From Verrucomicrobiota bacterium (GTDB lineage: Bacteria; Verrucomicrobiota; Verrucomicrobiia; Limisphaerales; CANJSG01): DNA of 28,975 nt. Location: NCBI GenBank assembly GCA_038209745.1, contig JBBQXJ010000062.1:1-28975 (forward strand), given 5' to 3'. Under the pieces are notes generated by a model that had not been told where the DNA came from, ran no database searches, and was given only the letters and a program-made list of their open reading frames with translations. Of the stretch, positions 18,452-28,185 are shown piece by piece; the first letter of the stretch is position 1, and every line of letters starts with the position of its first letter. The position numbers were made by a program, and so were the translations under genes.

Positions 18452-19840
18452 ATGTTTCGCGAGATCAAATCGGTTCACTTTGTCGGCATCGGCGGCACGG
18501 CCATGGCGGCGGCGGCGGCGGCCATGCAGGAACGCGGGTTCACCGTGTCGGGCTCGGATCAGAACGTGTATCCGCCGATGTCCACCTTCCTCGCCGAGCG
18601 CAAGATCGAGGTGATGAGCGGCTATACGGACGGCAATCTCGGCCACGGCCCGGATCTGGTCGTCATCGGCAACGCCATCTCCCGGGGCAATCCGGAGGCG
18701 GAAGCGGTGCTGGAGCGAAAGCTGCGCTACTGTTCGCTGCCCGAGCTGTTGAAGGAGTATTTCATCCGGGGCAAACGCTCGCTGGTCGTGGCCGGCACCC
18801 ACGGCAAGACGACGACGACCTCGCTCCTGGCCTGGGTCTTCGAGCACGCCGGATTGAACCCCAGCTATTTGATCGGCGGCATCCCGAACAACTTCGGCCA
18901 GGGCGCGCGGTTCACCGACAGCCCGTGGTTCATCATCGAGGGCGACGAATACGACACGGCGTTCTTCGACAAGCGGAGCAAGTTCGTCCACTACCTGCCC
19001 GAGGTGGCCGTCATCAACAATCTGGAGATGGACCACGCGGACATCTTCGACGATCTCGCGGCGATCCAGCTCAGCTTCCGCCGCTTCATCAATCTGATCC
19101 CGCGCAACGGCCTGCTGCTGGCCAATGGCGACGACGCGAATCTTACGCCGCTGCTCCAGGCACCGCATTTTCCGACGAAGCGTTTCGGCCTCGGGGCGGC
19201 CTGCGAGTTCCGCGCGGAATCGATCGAGCTGCTGACGGACTCGTCGCGGTTCAAGCTGGGTTCGATGGAGTTCGAGGTGCCGCTGACCGGCGAACTGAAC
19301 GTGCGCAACGCGTTGGCGGTGGCGGCCTGCGCGCGGCACTGCGGATTGAGCGACGCACAGATCCAGGCGGGTTTCGCGACGTTCCGCAGCGTGCGGCGAC
19401 GGATGGAGGTGCGCGGCGAGGCCGGCGGCGTGACGGTGGTGGACGACTTCGGCCATCACCCGACGGCGATCCGGGAGACGCTGCGCGGACTGCGGGTGAA
19501 GTTCCCGGGGCGGAAGCTCTGGGCGCTTTTCGAGCCACGCTCCAACACGACGCGGCGGAACATTTTCCAAAACGAACTGGTGGACGCGCTGGAGCGGGCG
19601 GACGCGGTGGTGGTGTCCGAGGTGGCGCGGTTGGAGCAGTTGCCGGTGGACCAGCGGCTGAACCCGCAGAAGCTGATGGACGAGCTGCGACTGCGCGGCA
19701 AACCGTCGGAGTATCTCTCCACGGTGGACGCCATCGTGGAGCACGTGGTCGCGGGCGCGAAACCGGGCGACGTGGTGGTGGTCTTCAGCAACGGCGGTTT
19801 CGGCGGGATCCATGAGAAGCTTCTGAGGCGGCTGGGGTGA
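18452..19840 (+). CDS. mpl: UDP-N-acetylmuramate:L-alanyl-gamma-D-glutamyl-meso-diaminopimelate ligase
   Basis: HFVGIGGTAM, GSDQNVYPPMST, GNAISRGNPE, AGTHGKTTTTS, EGDEYDTAFFDKRSKF, DDFGHHPTAI, FEPRSNT, SNGGFGGIH. Confidence 0.95.
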   Translation: MFREIKSVHFVGIGGTAMAAAAAAMQERGFTVSGSDQNVYPPMSTFLAERKIEVMSGYTDGNLGHGPDLVVIGNAISRGNPEAEAVLERKLRYCSLPELLKEYFIRGKRSLVVAGTHGKTTTTSLLAWVFEHAGLNPSYLIGGIPNNFGQGARFTDSPWFIIEGDEYDTAFFDKRSKFVHYLPEVAVINNLEMDHADIFDDLAAIQLSFRRFINLIPRNGLLLANGDDANLTPLLQAPHFPTKRFGLGAACEFRAESIELLTDSSRFKLGSMEFEVPLTGELNVRNALAVAACARHCGLSDAQIQAGFATFRSVRRRMEVRGEAGGVTVVDDFGHHPTAIRETLRGLRVKFPGRKLWALFEPRSNTTRRNIFQNELVDALERADAVVVSEVARLEQLPVDQRLNPQKLMDELRLRGKPSEYLSTVDAIVEHVVAGAKPGDVVVVFSNGGFGGIHEKLLRRLG

Positions 19841-19856
19841 GAGAGGCGAACGCGCG

Positions 19857-20618
19857 ATGAACCGGCCGATTGGATCTAGGCGGTGGCCGTTTTGGAAACG
19901 CCTTCTGGTCTACGTCGGGATGTTGGCCGGCGTTCTTGGTTTGATGTTCGGGGCTATGCTGGTGGCCTGGGCGATTCCTCTCGGAGACTTCGCCCCGGTG
20001 TTGCCGGTCCCGAGATATGCCGCCGTCCGGTTTCCGATCGAGCCGGAGCGCCAAGTGGAGAAGCACACCTGCGGATTCCACGCGGTTTCGTCGATCTACC
20101 AAAGCTACGGTCTGGATCCGGTCGAACGTAGGCTGCGCGCGCGATTGGGCGTCGATACCCGTTCCATCATCTACGATTCGTCGACGACCGGCAGCCTGCA
20201 TCCGGACATGTATCGTGTCCTGGAGCAAGATGGCTTCACGCTCAAAACTCTGGATCTAAAGGCGGAGGGTGTTCTCGCTGAACTGACGAATCATCTCGCG
20301 GGAGGCCGTTACGCTTTGGCGCTGATCCAACGGCGAAAAACTGGGAACATGCACTGGGTGGTATTCTGCGGATTCAAAGAGGGTTCGCTGGCGGTGTGCG
20401 ATTCACTGAGCCCAGAGATCTATTCCGAAGAGATTGACGACTACTGGCGGCGGTGCGTGCTGAGCGTGACTCTTCTCACGCCGGATCGCGGGAGATCCCA
20501 GCCGTCGGTTTGGAAGGCTCACGCGGCGGGAATCAAGGACATGTATGCCGCGTTCGACCGGCAGCGTCCGGCGAGTGTGGTGACCAATGCGGCTTCCGCA
20601 GTTCCGGCGAGTCGCTGA
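19857..20618 (+). CDS. Membrane-anchored papain-like (C39-like) peptidase domain protein
   Basis: N-terminal TM; Q-VEKHT-CG, MHWVVFCG and VCDS give a Cys-His-Asp arrangement like C39. Confidence 0.6.
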   Translation: MNRPIGSRRWPFWKRLLVYVGMLAGVLGLMFGAMLVAWAIPLGDFAPVLPVPRYAAVRFPIEPERQVEKHTCGFHAVSSIYQSYGLDPVERRLRARLGVDTRSIIYDSSTTGSLHPDMYRVLEQDGFTLKTLDLKAEGVLAELTNHLAGGRYALALIQRRKTGNMHWVVFCGFKEGSLAVCDSLSPEIYSEEIDDYWRRCVLSVTLLTPDRGRSQPSVWKAHAAGIKDMYAAFDRQRPASVVTNAASAVPASR

Positions 20619-20659
20619 CGAGATTCCCTTCCAGTGCTGGCGGCGAATCCCGTTCGCCG

Positions 20660-21655
20660 CTACGGGGAGGCGGGGCCGCGCGGGATCGGGTGGCGGAGGA
20701 TCTTCAGGGGATCGTTGCCGGTGAGGTCGAGCTCCAAGGCGAGATAGCCGCCGTCTTTCAGCAGTTCGATGCCGGCCAGCGAAGGACACAGAATGGGCCG
20801 GAGGGCCTTCCAGGATTTGGCGCGGTTCAAGGCGCGGGTGATGCGATGGACCGTGTGGCCGAGCATCTTTATCGGAGGAATGCCGGCGAGGATCTGGCTG
20901 TTCCAAAAGACGAAGGGCGAATGGACGTGCCCGAGGATCGTGTGCTCGATGCGATCGAGCCAGGGACCGATGACGGTGGGTTCGGCGAGGAAGGGAAGCG
21001 CGGTGGGATCGTGGCAGAAGAGGAGCACGCGTTGGCCGGGCTTGAGCCGGCCGAAGCTCTCGCGGAGCTGTTCAATGAGTTCCGCGCGGACCTGCCACCA
21101 CGCGGCGCGTTCGTCGGGCAGGGTTTCTCCTTCGAGGACGGGAAGCGCGATGGGGGAAGAGGCGATCCCGATGAGTTTGTAGGCGCCGAGGTCGCGCTCC
21201 CAGAAGCCGGGTATTCCCAGCGGACCGGTGGCTTGGCGCCAGCTTTCCAGGCGCAGTCCGCCGGCGTTGCCGGTCATGCTGATCTTGCCCAGTTCGTGGT
21301 CGCCCATGTTCGCTTGGAAACGGTCGCCGAACCGGGTGCGAAGTTTGCCGAGGCATTCGCCGACGCTTTGGTGGGCGGCGGCGTCGGCCACGCCGATGAA
21401 GGCGGTGTCGGTGGTGTAGTCGCCCCCGGCCACGACGAGATCGGGTTCACCGGAACGGGTGGCGAGATCGAGGAAACGGTCGAGGAGATGGTTCTGGAAC
21501 TGGGGATCCCGCAGCCAGATGTAGTGCCGGTAGAGCCGGAGGGCGGTCCGGCGAAGGGGACTTTTGACCGAGCGTGATTCGTAGTCCTTGCGAGCCTGTT
21601 CCGGGATGGAGGCGAAGTGGGGATCGGAGAGAACGGTGAGTTGGAAGAGGGACAA
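20660..21655 (-). CDS. Calcineurin-like metallophosphoesterase
   Basis: LSDPH, VAGGDY, MGDHE, FCHDP, LGHVH; start placed at TTG 21655. Confidence 0.85.
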   Translation of the reverse strand: MSLFQLTVLSDPHFASIPEQARKDYESRSVKSPLRRTALRLYRHYIWLRDPQFQNHLLDRFLDLATRSGEPDLVVAGGDYTTDTAFIGVADAAAHQSVGECLGKLRTRFGDRFQANMGDHELGKISMTGNAGGLRLESWRQATGPLGIPGFWERDLGAYKLIGIASSPIALPVLEGETLPDERAAWWQVRAELIEQLRESFGRLKPGQRVLLFCHDPTALPFLAEPTVIGPWLDRIEHTILGHVHSPFVFWNSQILAGIPPIKMLGHTVHRITRALNRAKSWKALRPILCPSLAGIELLKDGGYLALELDLTGNDPLKILRHPIPRGPASP

Positions 21656-21663
21656 GGGAGGGG

Positions 21664-22557
21664 TCAGAGGGGTTGACTGGAGACGGAGACCTTGAGGAGG
21701 GATGACTTGCCGGGGGCGAGAAGGATCTTGTCGTCGGCGACGTTCCCGGACTCGACGCAGAGCATGGTGAGATGCTCGTCGTTGCCGAAGTCGGGCATCT
21801 GCTGGCTCTTGGTGGTCCAAGGGTTCCAGACGACGGTGGACGCGGAGCCTTCCTTCTCGACGAGGATGCGGCGGCGGAGATCGGGGTCGAGGATCTGGAC
21901 GGGGGCGGTGGTGCCGAGGTAGGCGCGGTCGGTCTCGCGGGTGATGCGGAGCTCGTCTTCGGTCTCGGTCTTGCGGGAGTAGCTGTCGGCCTTGTCGAGG
22001 AAGTGGGCGCCCTTGAGGCCGGCGACGGACACGTGGTCGATGTGTCCGACGTGGAAGTAGGTGTGGAGACAGTTCTCGAACTCGAAGACGTGGTCGGGGG
22101 AGAGGTTTTTGACCAGAAGTTCGAGAGTGAGAGTCTTGCCGAAGGTCACGAGGTAGTCGGCCTTGAAAGGAGGGTAGAGGGAGGCGTCGGGGATTTCCGG
22201 GAGAGAGAGGTGGAGGCTCAGGCTGCCGTCGGGCTGGGGAGTAATCTCCTTGAGCTCCCACGGGGTGTTGCGGGCGAAGCCGTGTTGCGGGGAGCCTTCG
22301 CGGGGGCCGAACCAGGGGAAGATCACGGGAATGCCGCCGCGGATGGCCTGGCCGTTGGCCCATCGGCTGAACTGGCTGAGGAAGAGGAGCGGGGGCTGGT
22401 CCTTGAGCTGGAAGTGGGTGACGGTCGCGCCGTTGAGGTAGAGCTCACCGGAGGAGAACGGGGTGGTGATCTCCAGCCGGGGGAGGTTGCCGTTGCCCTC
22501 GGAGAAGGTGACTCGGCCGGGGATGTCGGAGCGTTTTTGCCAGAACTGGGTGGACAT
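21664..22557 (-). CDS. yeaD: D-hexose-6-phosphate mutarotase (aldose 1-epimerase family)
   Basis: AIRGGIPVIFPWFG, QHGFAR, CLHTYF, TVVWNPW, MLCVESGN. Confidence 0.9.
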   Translation of the reverse strand: MSTQFWQKRSDIPGRVTFSEGNGNLPRLEITTPFSSGELYLNGATVTHFQLKDQPPLLFLSQFSRWANGQAIRGGIPVIFPWFGPREGSPQHGFARNTPWELKEITPQPDGSLSLHLSLPEIPDASLYPPFKADYLVTFGKTLTLELLVKNLSPDHVFEFENCLHTYFHVGHIDHVSVAGLKGAHFLDKADSYSRKTETEDELRITRETDRAYLGTTAPVQILDPDLRRRILVEKEGSASTVVWNPWTTKSQQMPDFGNDEHLTMLCVESGNVADDKILLAPGKSSLLKVSVSSQPL

Positions 22558-22942
22558 GGTGCCTCTTAGGGAATTGGGATTTTGCTGTCGTCAAGTTAAC
22601 GCTCTCCCGGACCCAGCCCAAGCCGTTTCTGGGGATTCGATCCTCCTATGTTGAACAAATGGAGGTGGGGAACGTCGACCGTGGACGGCCGGCTTCATTC
22701 CACAGGTTAAAGGCGCGGGTCTGGTTTCGGTCCGTGGTGCCGCCAGTTTGGGCTGACAGATGGAAACCTTGCGGCACAGAGATGCCCGATGGGCCGCTCG
22801 TTTGCCGGTGTGACGGTGGATCCGTTCCAGCGGCGGACGAGCTTGTGACGTGAGCTCGTCAGACTGGGTAGGAGGAGATGAGAGCTTGGATCGAAGACAC
22901 GACCAGACGATGAGAGGCATAAGACATACGACGGCTGATCGA

Positions 22943-23570
22943 TGCGCCGACCTCATGGACGCGATGGATCGAGCGGTGGCATTCGGGAATGGGAGCGATG
23001 TTCCAGCGCCAGATTTAATCGGGTGAACGCAGATCGAGGTGTTCGAGGGTATTCTCCTGCTTGGTCTCGGTTCCTTCTGCGGAAACTTCCAAACGATCGA
23101 CGTCGGCCAGCAGAATTTCGACGGCGTTGGATCCGAGGAACAAACGAAAATAGGCAATCGCCGCAACAGAGGCGCAGCGAGCGGCCAGCGTTTCGTCTTG
23201 GTCGGACAGCCGGAGGCTGGCTGCGGGCACCGGCCTAAATTGGGAAAGACAATTGGCAGAGACAATGAAGTCAGGCTCGTCTCCAAGTGGGAAAAGGGGG
23301 TTGATCGGGAGAAATGCTCCACCAACAGGTCCGGCCCGGTCGGTCAGTCGCTTCTGACGATGGCGCGCAAGCGCACCGGTCGTGTCCCGAGGAGCGCAGA
23401 CCACGCTTTCGTTGAACTTGCGAGCGATGTGCCTAGCCACAGGCGATACCACCACATCGGTCAGAACAACCTGCTCGAACAGGCTCGCCAGTGGGTCCAC
23501 CATTCCGGGTCAGGCCCAATGTAGCCCGGCGATGGTGGCCTGCTTGTGAACCAATCCAAGCCCGCGAGAG
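22943..23570 (-). pseudogene. Eroded remnant of a conserved hypothetical (Rossmann/methyltransferase-like) gene
   Basis: LFEQVVLTDVV...RDTTG...PDFIVSANCLSQF reads through TAA 23015-23017 into IWRWNIAPIPECHRSIHRVHEVGA; N-terminal fragment (LAGLDWFTSRPP..GY) lies in another frame. Confidence 0.55.
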
Positions 23571-23624
23571 GCCGGGAATGCGTCGACCCGGAGAGTGCGG
23601 AGGATTTCGTGGAACACTCCGGAG

Positions 23625-23831
23625 CTACTTCGGTGGGTTGACCGTGGTGGCGGTCGGAGTCTCGCCGGAAGTTTCGGGTAGGGAGGCTTTGCCGCCGAGA
23701 ATCTTGAACATGACTGTTCCGCAGGTCGGACAGCGTCCCTTGATCGCCTGTCGACAGTTCTTCATCGTCTCCTCCACGGCATCGACGATCTCTCTCCGGG
23801 CCTTGCACTTGACGCAGTAACCTTCTGGCAT
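23625..23831 (-). CDS. DUF5679-like small zinc-ribbon protein
   Basis: YCVKCKARREI...MKNCRQAIKGRCPTCGTVMFKI; GGGGAG RBS upstream. Confidence 0.85.
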   Translation of the reverse strand: MPEGYCVKCKARREIVDAVEETMKNCRQAIKGRCPTCGTVMFKILGGKASLPETSGETPTATTVNPPK

Positions 23832-23878
23832 AGCGCTCCCCCCGTTGGCCGGACTTCATGCCCGGTTGGGACAAGGGG

Positions 23879-23908
23879 AGACTACGAGCCGCCGCAAAAG
23901 TGCGTCAA
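23879..23908 (-). promoter_or_regulatory. Sigma70-like promoter for the DUF5679 gene
   Basis: TTGACG-N18-TAGTCT on the minus strand. Confidence 0.45.
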
Positions 23909-24119
23909 TCTGGAAGGGGATTCCGTGGGGACTCTTAAATTCCAATATTTTGGTAATAAGTAGGTTGCAAGCTATTGGGCTGTTGATTTGGGTGAAAGGG
24001 ATCGAGAAAAAGATCGTGGGGAAATGGTTTCCAAGGGCAATAACCTGTTGCAATCCCATGTTTGCGTGCTAAAACCCGCGTCCGTTTAACTTTGGGCGGT
24101 CAACTTTTTTAAGCAGATT

Positions 24120-24275
24120 ATGTCTCAGCATAGTAGCCTTCGGGCGGCCAGCGGCAGCGGCAAAAAACGTAACGTGCTCAAGCGATTCGAGCGCGTGGAA
24201 CTCTTGGGCAAGCGCGGTCTCTGGAAGGCCGGCGCTCGGGTGACCGGTCTCCCGAAGACCAAGCCCGAGGAATAG
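24120..24275 (+). CDS. PVC-superphylum small basic protein
   Basis: Manual translation MSQHSSLRAASGSGKKRNVLKRFERVELLGKRGLWKAGARVTGLPKTKPEE*; KRNVLKRFER...GLPK signature; followed by a terminator. Confidence 0.92.
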   Translation: MSQHSSLRAASGSGKKRNVLKRFERVELLGKRGLWKAGARVTGLPKTKPEE

Positions 24276-24300
24276 TCCGGGGCTTCGACCTGCTTTCGAC

Positions 24301-24337
24301 GGCGCGGAACGGAAGCTCGTTCCGCGCCTTTCTTTTT
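24301..24337 (+). terminator. Rho-independent terminator
   Basis: Perfect 11-bp stem GGCGCGGAACG/CGTTCCGCGCC, 6-nt loop, then TTTCTTTTT. Confidence 0.9.
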
Positions 24338-24374
24338 CCGCAATGACCGGGCACAATTTAATCGGTGAGTCGTA

Positions 24375-24794
24375 TTGTTCGACCACCTCCACCCTGTTTT
24401 GAGCGCATCGACCGATATTTTGGAGCTGCCCGGTCTACGGGTGACGGTGGACCGGTTGGTCTATCGACCGAACGACGAACAGTCCCCGGATCGCCCCCAC
24501 TGCTTCATCTATTTCATCACGATCCACAACGATTCGCCGGTGGCTGTGACGATCAAGGGGCGCAAATGGGTCGTGACGAACGCCGAGGGCGAGGTGACCG
24601 CTGTCGAAGGCGATGGCGTGGTGGGGCAGAATCCCAACATCCCTCCCGGCGAAAGATTCACCTACAACTCGTTCCATCTGCTCGACTCCCTGTTTGCCGT
24701 GGCCCGCGGCAGCTACCTCGGGATCGACTCGGGCGGGAGGAAGGTGCTGGTGCGTATCCCCGCCTTTGAAATGCGGGTGCCCGAGCGGAAGTGA
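24375..24794 (+). CDS. apaG: ApaG domain protein
   Basis: FIYFITIHN, RKWVVTN, VEGDGVVGQNPNIPPGERFTYNS, ARGSY, IPAF. Exact start uncertain. Confidence 0.88.
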   Translation: MFDHLHPVLSASTDILELPGLRVTVDRLVYRPNDEQSPDRPHCFIYFITIHNDSPVAVTIKGRKWVVTNAEGEVTAVEGDGVVGQNPNIPPGERFTYNSFHLLDSLFAVARGSYLGIDSGGRKVLVRIPAFEMRVPERK

Positions 24795-25708
24795 AACCGC
24801 GGCATCTCTTCAATCTGCTTTTCCTCAACGTCTGCTGGTCGGCCACGCCTTCGATCTACAAACGGCTGGAGGACAAGCTCGACGCGGGCGGCGTGGCGAC
24901 TCTCCGGTTCGGATTGGCGGCGATCATTCTCTGCGTGCTCTGGCCTCTCTTTCCCGGACGCGCGCCGCGCGGTTGGGATCTGGTGAAGACGGTCTTGCTG
25001 GGACTGACCGTGTTCTGCCTGGGGCATCGCCTTCAGGTCTATGGAGTGCAAACGGGATCGGCTTCGAATTCAGCCATCTTGATGGCGATCGAGCCGCTGA
25101 TCACCGCCATCGCCGCAGCGGTCTTCCTGCGGGAACATATACGGGGACGGAGCTGGGTGGGCTTCGCTCTGGGAGTTTTCGGGGTGATGTTGTTGAGCCG
25201 GGTCTTTAGTTCCGGATTCAAGATGGTCGGCCTCGCTCCGAGCCTCTTCTTCCTGAGTTCGTTCCTTTGTGAAACCGCCTATTCCGTGTTCGGCAAAGCG
25301 ATCATCCTGCGGAGCCACTACTTGAAGACATGCGCTCTCGGGCTGCTGGCGGGCACCGTCGGAAACCTCCTGATCGACGGGGGCACGACGTGGCGAGCGG
25401 CCGCGCGGCTCGACGGGGCGGAATGGGCGATGGTGGTCTTCATGGCCACGATCTGCACCGCGATCGGATACACCTACTGGTTTCGCGTGATCCAAGAGAC
25501 TGACGTGAATTTGGTGGGATTGACGATCTATGCGCAGCCGGTATCGGGATTTTTGTTGGCGTGGTGGTGGCTGGGAGAGGAACCCCATTTCGGACAATTC
25601 TGGGGCGGAGTGGCGATCATCGCGGGGCTGGTGGTCGGGTTTTGGAAATCGTCCAATTCACCTCCGGTCAGGAAGTCTCCGGTGCCTGTGGATCAATTTC
25701 CGCAATAA
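24791..25708 (+). CDS. EamA/DMT family transporter
   Basis: About 10 TM helices in two repeats; LRFGLA, EPLITAIAAAVFLRE, QPVSG..LAWWWLGE; GTGA overlap with apaG. Confidence 0.9.
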   Translation: MKPRHLFNLLFLNVCWSATPSIYKRLEDKLDAGGVATLRFGLAAIILCVLWPLFPGRAPRGWDLVKTVLLGLTVFCLGHRLQVYGVQTGSASNSAILMAIEPLITAIAAAVFLREHIRGRSWVGFALGVFGVMLLSRVFSSGFKMVGLAPSLFFLSSFLCETAYSVFGKAIILRSHYLKTCALGLLAGTVGNLLIDGGTTWRAAARLDGAEWAMVVFMATICTAIGYTYWFRVIQETDVNLVGLTIYAQPVSGFLLAWWWLGEEPHFGQFWGGVAIIAGLVVGFWKSSNSPPVRKSPVPVDQFPQ

Positions 25709-25773
25709 AACGAAGGATCTCCGGTCAGGAGGGATCAAAGCCCTTCCGGGCCGTGTTTCGCCTTCCGGCAAGA

Positions 25774-26330
25774 ATGGTCGTGCGGATCGCGTTGTGGCTG
25801 GGCCTTGCCGCTCAACCCACCTTTGCCCGTGATCCGCATGAATTGACCGGCACGATACGCGTCTCCTCGCACCGGTTGGGGCTCCTCGTGGCCATGCCGC
25901 CAAGAACCGCAATGCGGCTGGCAGAGCCGCACGGAAAATAGGCCCTCGGTATCGCGAGGCCGGGAGAATTCGCGGAGAAGCTGCCGCGCTTGATTGCCCG
26001 AGCGGGCGGCTTTTGGCGAATTGCCGCGCCCGGGGAAGATCGGCCTGGAGGCGGACGGTTTAAGGAGGCCGCCGGCCGAGGGCTAGGATGGACTTTCTTT
26101 GCTGGCTCTCGACCGCGTCCATTCTGGGGTCCTGACTGAAGCGGTCCTTTCGGAGAGTTCCCCCTCGGTCGAGGCTGATTGGGCGGGGCTCTCCAAGAAG
26201 TGGATCGGCGCGGCGGGCACTTGGAAGCGGGTCGCGGGTCTCGTGCTTCTGTTGGCAGTCGGAAGATTGGCGATTCGGGGCAACTCGTGCGGGAACGGTG
26301 GGGTCGACGGGCAGAGTTTCTCGAACAAGG
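25774..26330 (+). pseudogene. Possible eroded gene for a secreted/membrane-anchored protein
   Basis: Signal-like MVVRIALWLGLAAQPTFA-RDPHE; protein-like text continues past TAG 25939-25941 (GEFAEKLPRLIARAGGFWRI), then in another frame past a second TAG (LLALDRVHSGVLTEAVLSESSP...VAGLVLLLAVG). Confidence 0.35.
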
Positions 26331-26351
26331 ATCAGAGGGTCGGCTGGGAAG

Positions 26352-26428
26352 TGGTGCACCCGTCAGGAGTCGAACCTGAAACCTTCTGATTCGTAGTCAG
26401 ATGCTCTATCCAATTGAGCTACGGGTGC
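26352..26428 (-). tRNA. tRNA-Arg (anticodon ACG)
   Basis: GCACCCGTAGCTCAATTGGATAGAGCATCTGACT-ACG-AATCAGAAGGTTTCAGGTTCGACTCCTGACGGGTGCACCA; full cloverleaf, encoded CCA, 77 nt. Confidence 0.98.
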
Positions 26429-26442
26429 AACCCAGGCGAGGG

Positions 26443-26472
26443 AAATTAGCGGTTGGGATACGCGCGGCGCAA
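26443..26472 (-). promoter_or_regulatory. Sigma70-like promoter for tRNA-Arg
   Basis: TTGCGC-N18-TAATTT ending 14 nt before the mature tRNA 5' end. Confidence 0.5.
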
Positions 26473-26592
26473 GCATGTTCTGGAGGGAGATCCGACCTCT
26501 CGGTCCACGTCAACCGATCGGCTTCGATCGGTATCGTCGAAGATCAAGAGGGGTATTGAAAATTAACACGCACACGTATAATTCTCCCGCAC

Positions 26593-28107
26593 ATGAACTC
26601 TTCCCCAGCCGGTGGCGGATTGACCCGGACCCAGTGGCTGATCTGCATCATCGCGTCGATCGGGTTTGCCTTCGACATCTACGAGCTGCTGATGCTGCCG
26701 CTGGTGATCAAGCCGGCGATGGCGGCGTTGAGCTCGCCACTCGTCGAGGAACTTGTCAGAGGCGGGATGGCGCGACCGGAGGCGTTGGCCAGCTTCGCCC
26801 CGGGTGGCGCGAACTACGTTGAATGGGCCCGCACGCTGTTCTTCGTGCCGGCCATGGTGGGCGGAGTATTCGGTCTGCTCGGGGGATATCTGACCGATCG
26901 GTTGGGGCGGCGACGGGTCCTTACCTTCAGCATCCTGCTCTACGCGTTTTCCGCGATGGGAGCCGGCTTGGCGACCTCGTTGCAGCAGTTGCTGTTTTTC
27001 CGTTGTCTCGTGTTCATCGGAGTGTGCGTGGAATTCGTCGCGGCCGTGGCGTGGCTGGCGGAACTGTTTACGGATGCGAAGCGGCGCGAAAGGGTTCTGG
27101 GCTACACCCAGGCGTTTTCCTCCATCGGCGGTCTGCTTGTGGGTGTGGCAAACGTTTCCATCGCGGCCTTGGCGTTGAAGCTTCCGGCGATCTACGGAGG
27201 CCACGAAGCGTGGCGCTACACGCTCATTTCCGGGGTGATTCCCGCGATTCCTTTGATCCTGATCCGACCGTTTCTGCCCGAGTCGCCCATCTGGGCGCAG
27301 AAGAAGGCGGCGGGCAAGCTTCGCCGGCCAAGCATCGCTGAGCTGTTCAGTCCACAGCTTCGCCGGGCCACGTTGACGACTACGCTGATTTTCGCGGCGA
27401 GCTACGGCCTCGCTTTCGGAGCCATCCAGCAGTTACCCCAGATCCTGGGCGCCCAGGCCGTTGGCACGCCCGCTGAACGGGGGCACCCCCAGATGATCGC
27501 CGCCGCCAAGGCCGCCGTGGGCGCCGCCGTGGCCGAGGCGAAAGCGGCCGGCAAGCCGGACCTCACGCCGGTGCAGAAAAAGCAGATCGGAGCCAACGCC
27601 AACGACCAAGCGGTCGCACACGTCACCATCTGGCAGGAGATGGGCGGATTGGTCGGCCGTTTCGCGCTGGCGATCCTGGCCGTGCGCGTGTTGAGCCGGA
27701 GGACGCTGCTGCGGATTTTCCAGATTCCGGCGATGATCATCGTGCCGCTTCTCTTCTGGTGGATTTCGACCTCGTTGAACCAACCCGATTCGCTTCCGCT
27801 GATCCGCATCGGAATCTTCATCGCCGGGTTCTTCGTGGTCGCGCAATTCAGCTTCTGGGGGAACTACATCCCGTTGGTCTTTCCGGTCCATTTGCGCGGC
27901 ACGGGCGAGAGCTTCGCCGCGAACATCGGTGGCCGCATCATCGGCACGGCGGCGGCCTGGTTCACCATCACCCTCTCGCAGAGCACGCCGCCCAGCCAGG
28001 CGAAGATGGCGCTCATGGCGGCGGTCGTGGCCGGCACCTACGCGATCATCGGCGTGCTGCTGACGAAGTGGCTGCCCGAGCCGAAGGCGGACGCGAACGA
28101 GGACTGA
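26593..28107 (+). CDS. Major facilitator superfamily transporter
   Basis: GFAFDIYE, motif A GYLTDRLGRRRVL, VAWLAELF, LPESPIW, FPVHLRGTG. Confidence 0.93.
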   Translation: MNSSPAGGGLTRTQWLICIIASIGFAFDIYELLMLPLVIKPAMAALSSPLVEELVRGGMARPEALASFAPGGANYVEWARTLFFVPAMVGGVFGLLGGYLTDRLGRRRVLTFSILLYAFSAMGAGLATSLQQLLFFRCLVFIGVCVEFVAAVAWLAELFTDAKRRERVLGYTQAFSSIGGLLVGVANVSIAALALKLPAIYGGHEAWRYTLISGVIPAIPLILIRPFLPESPIWAQKKAAGKLRRPSIAELFSPQLRRATLTTTLIFAASYGLAFGAIQQLPQILGAQAVGTPAERGHPQMIAAAKAAVGAAVAEAKAAGKPDLTPVQKKQIGANANDQAVAHVTIWQEMGGLVGRFALAILAVRVLSRRTLLRIFQIPAMIIVPLLFWWISTSLNQPDSLPLIRIGIFIAGFFVVAQFSFWGNYIPLVFPVHLRGTGESFAANIGGRIIGTAAAWFTITLSQSTPPSQAKMALMAAVVAGTYAIIGVLLTKWLPEPKADANED

Positions 28108-28185
28108 GCGGACAGAATACTCCGCCGTTGTTTCATCGGGACACCGTCTTTCACTCGACGCGTTGTCCATCTGGTCCGGGTCTTT

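Noticed and set aside
26352..26428. tRNA-Arg as an integration site for an island
   Set aside because: No integrase and no duplicate of the tRNA 3' end noticed in the window.
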